From assembly GCA_038127595.1 (NCBI GenBank), contig JAYPIC010000062.1, forward strand, positions 1-10,150: a DNA stretch of 10,150 nt, in the 5' to 3' direction. The notes under the pieces were generated by a model. That model ran no database searches, was not told where the DNA came from, and worked only from the letters and a program-made list of their open reading frames with translations. The position numbers and the translations under genes are program-made. Shown piece by piece: positions 1-7,801 of this stretch (positions are counted from its first letter, which is position 1; each line of letters opens with the position of its first letter). Source of the DNA: a bacterium (GTDB lineage Bacteria; Fidelibacterota; Marinisomatia; Marinisomatales; UBA1611).

Positions 1-45
1 ACGTTGACATCGTAGAGGTCGGCGGTTCGACTCCGTCATCGCCCA
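1..45 (+). tRNA. tRNA-Val(GAC), 5' part cut off by the window edge; CCA not encoded
   Basis: Anticodon arm ACG-TT-GAC-AT-CGT with anticodon GAC at 6-8; variable loop AGGTC; T arm GGCGG-TTCGACT-CCGTC (21-37); acceptor 3' strand ATCGCCC (38-44); discriminator A45 followed by CAT rather than CCA. Confidence 0.93.
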
Positions 46-54
46 CATAATAAA

Positions 55-2001
55 ATGAAAAATATAAAAATAACACTACCAGATAATTCCCATAAGAGTG
101 TACCTATTGGAACGACTCCTCAGGGAGTTGCTGACATTATTGGTTCTGGATTGGCACGTGCAGTAGTTGTTGCGAAAGTTGATGGCGATTTAAAAGATTT
201 AAATTTTTCATTGCAGCAAGATTGTTCATTAGAGCTTTTTACAGGTGATCCAGAAGAAGGTCACGATACGCTATTGCATTCGACAGCCCACCTTATGGCT
301 CAAGCTGTAAAATCTTTATTCCCCAGTGCTAAAGTTACTATCGGGCCTACGATAGAAAATGGATTTTATTATGATTTCGATGTTGATATACCATTTACAG
401 ATGAAGTTCTTGAAAAGATTGAAATAAAAATGAAAGAATTAGCAAAATCTGGCCAAGAAATAAATCGAAATGAGTTATCTGTTAAAGAGGCTGTTTCTCT
501 TTTTAAATCGATGAATGAAGACTACAAGGTTGAGATCATCGAGCAGATAAATCCAGATGATATAATTAGTACTTACATGCAATCAGATTTTACTGATTTA
601 TGCAGAGGCCCGCATGTTTCAAATACTTCAAAAATAAAGCACTTTAAGTTACTTTCGTCTTCAGGTGCATATTGGAGAGGTGATGAGAATAACAAAATGC
701 TTCAAAGGATATATGGAACTGTTTTTTCCTCTAAAGAAGCTTTGAAAAAACATTTAGAGAATCTTAAGGAAGCTAAAAGAAGAGACCATAGGAAAATTGG
801 TAAAGAAATGCAATTATTTGCTTTTGATGGAGATATTGGCCCCGGCTTACCATTATGGCTTCCCAATGGCACTGTAATGATTGAGGAACTTGAAGTATTA
901 GCTAAAGATACTGAGAAAAAAGCAGGTTATAGTCAGGTGAGAACGCCTCATCTTACTAAAGGAACTATTTATGAAAAGTCTGGTCATTTAGATCATTATA
1001 AAGAATCAATGTACCCAGAAATGGAAATTGATGGAGTTGATTATTATGTCAAGCCAATGAACTGCCCTCATCATCATAAGATATATTCTTCAATACCAAG
1101 AAGCTATCGTGATATGCCTGTCAGACTCTCTGAGTATGGGACATGTTATAGATATGAGAAGTCGGGTCAATTATTTGGCCTGATGAGAGTTAGAAGTTTG
1201 CAGATGAACGATGCTCATATTTATTGCACAGAAAAGCAGTTTAAAGAAGAGTTTATGAATGTTTGTAAGATGTACTTAGAATATTTCAAACTTTTTAACA
1301 TTGAAAAATATACTATGAGGCTAAGCCTGCACGATAAGGAGCATCTAGGAGATAAATATGTAAATGAGCCAGAACTATGGCTGGAAACTGAGCAATGGGT
1401 TAGGGAAGCTCTTGATGAAGGCGGGTTTAATTATGTAGAGGTTCCTGGAGAGGCCGCATTCTACGGCCCTAAAATAGATGTGCAAGTTTGGAGTGCAATA
1501 GGAAAAGAGTTTACTTTAGCGACAAATCAGGTAGACTTTGTAGTCCCAAAAAGATTTGATCTAGCATACAAAGATGAAAATGGTGATTTGCAGACACCAA
1601 TTTGTATTCATCGAGCCCCTTTAAGTACACATGAAAGATTTATAGGTTTCCTTATTGAGCATTTTGGTGGAAACTTCCCTCTCTGGCTAGCGCCTACTCA
1701 AGTAGCAGTTCTGCCAGTATCTGATAAGGTCAATGAATATGCTAGAATGATTACTAATAAATTAATTGATTCAAATATCAGAGCTGTTTTAGATGACAGG
1801 TCTGATAAGATTGGTGCAAAGATTCGAAATGCAGAAATAAAAAGGACCAATGTAATGCTTATTGTTGGGCCCAAAGAGGCTGAAAACAACACAGTTTCTG
1901 TTAGAAGAAAATTTGCAGGAGATTTAGGAACTATCGATCAAGATATGTTAATTTCACAGCTTGTTAAAGAAATAAAGGATAGGAGTTTAACTCATAGCTA
2001 A
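55..2001 (+). CDS. thrS: Threonine--tRNA ligase
   Basis: 648 aa. N-terminal TGS domain, editing motifs HSTAH and DLCRGPH, GAYWRGD, RDHRKIG, Zn-ligand motifs KPMNCP, DAHI and IHRA, AFYGPK, and WLAPTQV preceding the anticodon-binding domain. Confidence 0.99.
   Translation: MKNIKITLPDNSHKSVPIGTTPQGVADIIGSGLARAVVVAKVDGDLKDLNFSLQQDCSLELFTGDPEEGHDTLLHSTAHLMAQAVKSLFPSAKVTIGPTIENGFYYDFDVDIPFTDEVLEKIEIKMKELAKSGQEINRNELSVKEAVSLFKSMNEDYKVEIIEQINPDDIISTYMQSDFTDLCRGPHVSNTSKIKHFKLLSSSGAYWRGDENNKMLQRIYGTVFSSKEALKKHLENLKEAKRRDHRKIGKEMQLFAFDGDIGPGLPLWLPNGTVMIEELEVLAKDTEKKAGYSQVRTPHLTKGTIYEKSGHLDHYKESMYPEMEIDGVDYYVKPMNCPHHHKIYSSIPRSYRDMPVRLSEYGTCYRYEKSGQLFGLMRVRSLQMNDAHIYCTEKQFKEEFMNVCKMYLEYFKLFNIEKYTMRLSLHDKEHLGDKYVNEPELWLETEQWVREALDEGGFNYVEVPGEAAFYGPKIDVQVWSAIGKEFTLATNQVDFVVPKRFDLAYKDENGDLQTPICIHRAPLSTHERFIGFLIEHFGGNFPLWLAPTQVAVLPVSDKVNEYARMITNKLIDSNIRAVLDDRSDKIGAKIRNAEIKRTNVMLIVGPKEAENNTVSVRRKFAGDLGTIDQDMLISQLVKEIKDRSLTHS
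1981..1985 (+). promoter_or_regulatory. Shine-Dalgarno site (AGGAG) for infC, inside the thrS 3' end
   Basis: AGGAG lies 8 nt upstream of the ATA at 1994. Confidence 0.75.
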
Positions 2002-2509
2002 AAAACAGACGCAAAGATTAAACGAAAAGATAACTGCTAAAGAAGTTCGTTTAATTAGCGTAGATGGAGAGCAGTTAGGGATTGTTCCAACCGAAGAGGC
2101 CTTGGAGAGGGCTCAGGAAGATGGATTAGATCTTATGGAGGTTTCACCTAATGCAGATCCTCCTGTTTGTAGAATTTTGAATTTTGGAAAGCTTAAGTAC
2201 GAAGAAAAGAAAAAGATTCAAATTAATAAAAAGAAACAACATGTAATTAAGTTAAAAGAGATTAGACTTAGACCGCGTATTGAAGACCACGATTTAATGA
2301 CAAAATTAAATATGGGTAAAAAGTTTTTAAATGATGGATGTAAACTAAAAATTACCTTAATTTTTAGGGGTAGAGAGCTTTCTAGAATTGATCTAGGTAA
2401 AGATGTGATGGATCGTGTAATTGAAGAATTGTCTGAAGTTGCAGAAGTAGAAAAAGACATTCCATTGGAAGGTAGGAGAATGTCTGTGGTTTTATCAGCC
2501 AAACAATAA
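1994..2509 (+). CDS. infC: Translation initiation factor IF-3 (171 aa; non-canonical ATA start)
   Basis: The frame of ORF 2102..2509 stays open for 36 more codons upstream, reading (I/M)AKKQTQRLNEKITAKEVRLISVDGEQLGIVPTEEAL, a typical IF3 N-domain. It is bounded by an in-frame TAA at 1988-1990. Later motifs: LDLMEVSPNADPPVCRI, KEIRLRPRIEDHD, FRGRE. Confidence 0.96.
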   Translation: MAKKQTQRLNEKITAKEVRLISVDGEQLGIVPTEEALERAQEDGLDLMEVSPNADPPVCRILNFGKLKYEEKKKIQINKKKQHVIKLKEIRLRPRIEDHDLMTKLNMGKKFLNDGCKLKITLIFRGRELSRIDLGKDVMDRVIEELSEVAEVEKDIPLEGRRMSVVLSAKQ

Positions 2510-2520
2510 AGGATTTTATT

Positions 2521-2715
2521 ATGCCAAAAATGAAAACTAGACGTGGTGCTGCAAAGCGCTTCAAGCTTACAGCGTCAGGTAAATTAAAAAGAAACAAAGC
2601 AAACCATAGACACATGCTTGTTCGTCGTTCCAACAAGGCAAAACGAAAGATGAGGCAAAGTGATTTCGTTGATGCCGGTGATCGCAGGAATGTTCGTCGC
2701 ATGTTATGTGTTTAG
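2521..2715 (+). CDS. rpmI: 50S ribosomal protein L35
   Basis: MPKMKTRRGAAKRFKLTASGKLKR; 64 aa; between infC and rplT; AAGGA upstream. Confidence 0.98.
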   Translation: MPKMKTRRGAAKRFKLTASGKLKRNKANHRHMLVRRSNKAKRKMRQSDFVDAGDRRNVRRMLCV

Positions 2716-2731
2716 TTTAGGAGATTAGTAT

Positions 2732-3079
2732 ATGCCACGCGCAAATAGTTCTGTACCACGACATCGTAGGCACAGGAAAGTAGTGAAGCAGGCCAAGGGC
2801 TACTATGGTGCCCGGAGCCGTACGTTTAAATCAGCTAAGGATGCTGTTACCAAAGCAGGTCTGTATGCATATAGAGATAGAAGGCAGAGGAAGCGTCAGT
2901 TTCGTCGTCTTTGGATTACTCGTATAAATGCTGCATGTAGACTCAATGATATTACTTATTCAGCATTTATCAATGCACTGAATGTTAAAGGAATAGAGCT
3001 CAATAGAAAAGTTCTTGCAGATCTTGCTTTGCAAGATCCGCAATCGTTCACCGATCTGGTGAACTCTGTTAAGAATTAG
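2732..3079 (+). CDS. rplT: 50S ribosomal protein L20
   Basis: [48 protein letters not shown] at 2719-2723. Confidence 0.99.
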   Translation: MPRANSSVPRHRRHRKVVKQAKGYYGARSRTFKSAKDAVTKAGLYAYRDRRQRKRQFRRLWITRINAACRLNDITYSAFINALNVKGIELNRKVLADLALQDPQSFTDLVNSVKN

Positions 3080-3083
3080 TTCA

Positions 3084-4064
3084 ATGTCACTTAAAGATAG
3101 TATCGAATCGGTTAAAAACGATTTTTTAACCGAATTTGCTAGTATCAATGATAGTACTGGTTCTGATTTAATAAGACAGAAGTATCTAGGCAGAAACGGT
3201 CTAGTAACTAATCTATTTAAAGAGCTTGGTCGGGCTTCAAATGATGATCGTCCTGTTTTTGGTCAGTTATTAAACCAGCTCAAAAATGAATTATCTGAAA
3301 AGATAAATTCTATTCAAGCTGAAGATAGAACAGCCAGCGATAACGTGGTTGTTGATATTGCTCTCCCTGGTAAACTTTATTCATCAGGTTCTACCCATAT
3401 ACTAGAGCAGACTTTTAATGATATTAAAAAGATTTTCAGTGATATTGGTTTTAGTATCTCGTATGGTCCCGAAATAGATGATGAATATCATAATTTTACA
3501 GCATTAAACGTACCTGAGCATCATCCAGCTAGAGATATGCAAGATACTTTTTTTGTAGATAAAGATATCGTTCTTAGAACGCACACATCAAATGTTCAAA
3601 TACATTTAATGGAAGAAAAAGATCCACCGTTAAGATTCATTGTTCCAGGAAGGGTATATAGAAACGAATCAATCAGCTATAAAAGCTACTGTCTTTTTCA
3701 TCAAGTTGAGGGTTTATTTGTAGACAAGAATGTTAGCTTTGCTCAGCTTAAGGGATGCTTGGAATATTTTGTAAAAAAGATGTTTGGCTCTGATCGTAAG
3801 ATGCGATGGAGACCAAGCTATTTCCCTTTTACTGAACCTAGTGCTGAGGTAGATATTTGGGATGAGCAGCGAAATCAATGGATGGAAATTCTTGGTTGTG
3901 GAATGGTTGATCCTGAAGTATTTAACAGTGTTAATTATGATCCAAAAATATGGCGAGGATATGCATTTGGTATGGGTGTCGAAAGAATAGCTATGCTAAA
4001 ATATGGCATAGAAGATATAAGATTGTTCTACGGTGGTGACATTCGGTTTTTAAGGCAATTCTAA
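3084..4064 (+). CDS. pheS: Phenylalanine--tRNA ligase alpha subunit
   Basis: NFTALNVPEHHPARDMQDTF, LRTHTS, PGRVYR, FHQVEG, RPSYFPFTEPSAE, GYAFGMGVERIAML, DIRFLRQF. Confidence 0.99.
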   Translation: MSLKDSIESVKNDFLTEFASINDSTGSDLIRQKYLGRNGLVTNLFKELGRASNDDRPVFGQLLNQLKNELSEKINSIQAEDRTASDNVVVDIALPGKLYSSGSTHILEQTFNDIKKIFSDIGFSISYGPEIDDEYHNFTALNVPEHHPARDMQDTFFVDKDIVLRTHTSNVQIHLMEEKDPPLRFIVPGRVYRNESISYKSYCLFHQVEGLFVDKNVSFAQLKGCLEYFVKKMFGSDRKMRWRPSYFPFTEPSAEVDIWDEQRNQWMEILGCGMVDPEVFNSVNYDPKIWRGYAFGMGVERIAMLKYGIEDIRLFYGGDIRFLRQF

Positions 4065-6439
4065 TGATTATTTCTATTGACTGGTTAAAAGATTTTATAG
4101 ACATAGAAGAAACTCCTGAAGAGTTATCTAATATGCTCTCATCTCTTGGTTTAGAAGCTGAGTGTGATAACCAGTTTGGTGATATTAAGGACGTTGTTAT
4201 CGGCGAAGTTATTTCCGTATCCGATCATCCAAATGCAGACAGGTTGAACGTTTGTATGGTTAGCGATGGGCAAAAAGAATTTCAAGTTGTATGCGGAGCT
4301 CCTAATGTAGCAGAAGGGCAGATTATTGCTTATGCTAAAGTTGGTTCAACACTTCCAGGTGGTTTTAATCTTGAAAAAATTAAACTTCGTGGTGTTGAGT
4401 CTAATGGTATGATATGTTCTGCTAGAGAGCTAAATATAAGTGATGAGCACGATGGCATTCTTGTGCTTCCTGAATCTTGCATTTTAGGTGCTAATTTTGT
4501 TGATGAGTATGCAAATAAATTTCTAAAGATCGTACTTGATATTACGCCTAATAGACCTGATGCCTTTTCTCATTACGGTGTCGCTAGAGATATATCTGTT
4601 TTTAAAAAAAGAACTTTAAAACCGTTAACATATGAAGTAAAAAATACTAACAATGGTTCTACTTTTAATATTTCCATATCTGATCAAAAAGATTGTCCTC
4701 GCTACATTGGTGCCATAGTCAACGATGTAAAAGTGGGCCCTAGTCCTACTTGGATCCAGGATAGATTAATAGCAGCTGGTCAAAGACCAATAAATAATTT
4801 AGTGGATATATCCAATTATGTTTTAATGGATATGGGTCAGCCAACGCATATATTTGATTGGGATAAGGTTAGCAGCGATGAGATTTTAGTTAGAAGAGCA
4901 AATAAAAATGAATCGATCACTACTTTAGATCAAGATTCATATAAATTAAATGAAAATAATCTTTTAATTACGGATGGTGATAAGCCCATTGCTATTGCTG
5001 GGGTTATGGGAGGTTATAATAGTGCTGTAAATGAAGAGACAAAGACTATCTTTATCGAGAGTGCATATTTTGATCCTATCGTAATAAGAAAATCCTCTAA
5101 ATCATTATTGTTAAGCACTGAAGCTTCCAAAAGATATGAAAGGGGCGCTGATCCACAAGGTGCATTACTAGCATTTTGGAAGATTATTAATTTAATAGAA
5201 AAGTACGCAGGCGGCTCTTTTGATGGCGACTTTTTAGATTTCAATCAAACGACTCCAAACAATGATTCAATTACTCTTAGATCTTCTGAAATTGAACAAA
5301 TACTTGGTGTATCGCTTGAAAAAGATTTTATAGTAGAGGTGCTTGAAGGGCTAGGATTTAATGTCAAAGTATCAAACGATAGTGAGTTTGATTGTATTCC
5401 ACCAAGCTATAGACCTGATATTGCTAGAGAAATTGATGTTATTGAAGAATTAGCTAGAATGAAAGGCTATGATAATATTCCTACTGACAATTCCTTATAT
5501 GGCCATTTTTTCATTGATGAAACAGATCCTCAGTATTATTTACAACGCTTTAGAGATAAACTATCTGGGTTAGGTTTTTTTCAACACTACTCAAACTCTT
5601 TGCAGGATAAAAAAACATCTAATTTATTTAGTAATAAATCAATACCAATGCTTAATCCATTAAGTAATAAAATGGCATTTTTAAGAACATCTTTATATCC
5701 TGGTTTATTGAAAGCTGCTGAGTTGAATATAAAAAATTCTACCAACTCCTTAAGGCTTTATGAGTTAGGTAATATTCACTCGCAAAATGGTAAAAAGTTA
5801 GGAGATATGTCAGAAGAAATTAAATTAACCGGTATCATTTTAGGTGATGAGAGAATTAATTCTGTCCATGATGAAAAAGAAGACCATGATATTTTTTCCA
5901 TAAAGGGTATGCTGAAACACATATTTAGTGATTCTGTTTTTAGCAATTTAGGTATTGCTGAATGTAATAATGAACTTTATGAGTACGGATTTTCATTAGA
6001 TGCAGATGGTATGCATATAGGTACTTTCGGAAAAATATCAAAAAAACTATTTAAGCTACTAAAAATTGGTTCGAAAGATGTCTTTGGATTTGATATTGAT
6101 ATAGAAAAGATTAAAAGCTTTTCCGGTGAAAAAGTTTACAAATCAATTAATTCACTACCAAAAATTTCTAGAAGAATAAACCTTTTGCTTAATGAAAATG
6201 ATAGTGTTGACAGTATCCTCAAACTAATACAAGAAAAAGGTGGTGCTTATCTCATTGAATATTATCCAGTTGAGATTTTTAGGGATAAAGAAAGCATTGG
6301 GGAAAATAAAAAAAGTGTCGTATTTGAAATGATATTCCAACATAAAGAAAAAACACTTGAAGATAAAGATGTAAACCCTATTATAGATGAAATTATAGAC
6401 ATTGCTCAATCCAAATTTAATGCTAAATTACGTGTATGA
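4064..6439 (+). CDS. pheT: Phenylalanine--tRNA ligase beta subunit
   Basis: HPNADRL, VVCGAPN, RGVESNGMICS, ITPNRPD, RPINNLVDISNY, AIAGVMGG, ESAYF, RYERG, PSYRPDIAREIDVIEELAR, NPLS..LRTSL, C-terminal AKLR; TAATG overlap with pheS. Confidence 0.99.
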   Translation: MIISIDWLKDFIDIEETPEELSNMLSSLGLEAECDNQFGDIKDVVIGEVISVSDHPNADRLNVCMVSDGQKEFQVVCGAPNVAEGQIIAYAKVGSTLPGGFNLEKIKLRGVESNGMICSARELNISDEHDGILVLPESCILGANFVDEYANKFLKIVLDITPNRPDAFSHYGVARDISVFKKRTLKPLTYEVKNTNNGSTFNISISDQKDCPRYIGAIVNDVKVGPSPTWIQDRLIAAGQRPINNLVDISNYVLMDMGQPTHIFDWDKVSSDEILVRRANKNESITTLDQDSYKLNENNLLITDGDKPIAIAGVMGGYNSAVNEETKTIFIESAYFDPIVIRKSSKSLLLSTEASKRYERGADPQGALLAFWKIINLIEKYAGGSFDGDFLDFNQTTPNNDSITLRSSEIEQILGVSLEKDFIVEVLEGLGFNVKVSNDSEFDCIPPSYRPDIAREIDVIEELARMKGYDNIPTDNSLYGHFFIDETDPQYYLQRFRDKLSGLGFFQHYSNSLQDKKTSNLFSNKSIPMLNPLSNKMAFLRTSLYPGLLKAAELNIKNSTNSLRLYELGNIHSQNGKKLGDMSEEIKLTGIILGDERINSVHDEKEDHDIFSIKGMLKHIFSDSVFSNLGIAECNNELYEYGFSLDADGMHIGTFGKISKKLFKLLKIGSKDVFGFDIDIEKIKSFSGEKVYKSINSLPKISRRINLLLNENDSVDSILKLIQEKGGAYLIEYYPVEIFRDKESIGENKKSVVFEMIFQHKEKTLEDKDVNPIIDEIIDIAQSKFNAKLRV

Positions 6440-6618
6440 ATGATTCAACTTTATTTAATGAGTTAGAGCAAAAAATCGTTGGTCTTGTAAACGCATTAAA
6501 GGCTGAAAGAGAAAAAAACGAGAAGAATACCGGTAGCGTAATCGAGTCTCAAAAGCTTTCTAAGATTGAAGAGCATGTTACAAATATGATAAATATACTT
6601 GATAAAATAGATAAGTAA
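6436..6618 (+). CDS. Small coiled-coil protein, probable ZapB-like cell division factor
   Basis: 60 aa with helical amphipathic ends (FNELEQKIVGLVNALK; KIEEHVTNMINILDKI). ATGA overlap with pheT, and directly upstream of zapA, the usual position of zapB-like genes. Confidence 0.65.
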   Translation: MNDSTLFNELEQKIVGLVNALKAEREKNEKNTGSVIESQKLSKIEEHVTNMINILDKIDK

Positions 6619-6622
6619 ATAA

Positions 6623-6913
6623 ATGTCAGAAGAAGGTAATCAAATAAAAATTACAATATTTGGGCAAGAGTATTCTGTAAAAGCTCCTGCAGATCCAACC
6701 TATATTAAAAAAATAGCTGAATACGTTGACAGTAAAATGAGAGAAGTTCAGGCTGGCTTTAGTTCTACTCAATCTTCCAACAGGATTGCTATTTTATCGG
6801 CAATGAATATAACTGATGAACTTTTTAATGCTAGAAAAAAAGGCGATTCTGAAGAAATTGATGTTGAAGAAAAAATTACGTCTCTCATAGAGCTTATTGA
6901 CGATTCTGTTTAA
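6623..6913 (+). CDS. zapA: Cell division protein ZapA
   Basis: IKITIFGQEYSV, YIKKIAEYVDSKMREV and RIAILSAMNITDELF match the ZapA pattern; pheT-zapB-zapA synteny. Confidence 0.93.
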   Translation: MSEEGNQIKITIFGQEYSVKAPADPTYIKKIAEYVDSKMREVQAGFSSTQSSNRIAILSAMNITDELFNARKKGDSEEIDVEEKITSLIELIDDSV

Positions 6914-6924
6914 CAAAACTTTTC

Positions 6925-7800
6925 ATGACATCCTCTAAAGTACTTTCTGGTTTAGATACCGCAGCTACGGTATATGAATCATTCAATGACCGTATAAAAG
7001 TATTATCAACTAAAGGTGTCATTCCTGGTCTATGTGTAGTATTAGTTGGTGAAGATCCTGCTTCTCAGATATATGTTAGAACAAAATCTAAAAAATTAAA
7101 ATCTTTAGGGTTGATATCCGAAACGATACGTTTAGATGCTGACGTTACCGAACAAAAATTGTTGTCAATCATTGAAGATCTTAATGCAAATTCAAAATTT
7201 CACGGTATTCTTGTCCAAATGCCACTTCCGGAGCATATTAATTCGCAGAACGTTATTAATTCTATTAATCCTGCAAAAGATGTTGATGGCTTTCACCCGG
7301 AAAATGTTGGTTGGCTATCCATCGGAAAACCCCGTTTCATTCCGTGCACTCCAAAGGGCATAATGAGAATTTTTAGTCACTATAATATTGACCTATCTGG
7401 TAAAGATATTGTAGTGATAGGCAGAAGCAACATTGTAGGTAGGCCTATGTCAATTTTAGTTAGTTCAAATAATGCAAATGGTACTTGTACTATATGTCAT
7501 TCTAGAACAAAAAATATTATTGATTATTCAAGAAACGCTGATATAATAATATCTGCAATAGGTGTTCCAAATTTTTTAACATCCGAAATGATTAAGGAAG
7601 ATTCCATCATAATCGACGTTGGAATCAATAGAATTGATTCAGATAATGAAAAAGGATATAAAATTGTTGGAGATGCTGATTATGATTCAGTTTTTGATAA
7701 AGTCTCTAAAATAACCCCAGTCCCAGGTGGCGTAGGTCCGATGACAATAGCAATGTTGGTAGAAAACACTATTGAAGCTGCAGAGAATATTAAGCTGTAG
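6925..7800 (+). CDS. folD: Bifunctional methylenetetrahydrofolate dehydrogenase/cyclohydrolase
   Basis: PGLCVVLVGEDPASQIYVRTK (YxxxK), GILVQMPLP, KDVDGFHP, PCTPKG, GRSNIVGRP, IDVGINR, ITPVPGGVGPMT. Confidence 0.99.
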   Translation: MTSSKVLSGLDTAATVYESFNDRIKVLSTKGVIPGLCVVLVGEDPASQIYVRTKSKKLKSLGLISETIRLDADVTEQKLLSIIEDLNANSKFHGILVQMPLPEHINSQNVINSINPAKDVDGFHPENVGWLSIGKPRFIPCTPKGIMRIFSHYNIDLSGKDIVVIGRSNIVGRPMSILVSSNNANGTCTICHSRTKNIIDYSRNADIIISAIGVPNFLTSEMIKEDSIIIDVGINRIDSDNEKGYKIVGDADYDSVFDKVSKITPVPGGVGPMTIAMLVENTIEAAENIKL

Positions 7801-7801
7801 A

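Noticed and set aside
2102..2509. ORF-track start of IF3 at TTG 2102 (135 aa)
   Set aside because: It removes the conserved N-terminal part of IF3; ATA at 1994 with an SD fits better.
1698..3148. Minus-strand ORFs 1698..1892, 2218..2502, 2382..2702 and 2960..3148
   Set aside because: Antisense shadows of thrS, infC, rpmI and rplT/pheS with no recognisable motifs.
5014..6409. Minus-strand ORFs 5014..5244 and 6224..6409
   Set aside because: Antisense to pheT; the F/I/S-rich composition is what the reverse complement of A-rich coding DNA produces.
7136..7363. Alternative-frame + strand ORF (75 aa) inside folD
   Set aside because: Fully nested in a conserved gene, no recognisable motif, and folD is intact, so there is no sign of a frameshift.
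2713..7800. Genome-wide TAG reassignment as the explanation for the internal stop
   Set aside because: rpmI (2713-2715), rplT (3077-3079) and folD (7798-7800) end at TAG at their expected C-termini.
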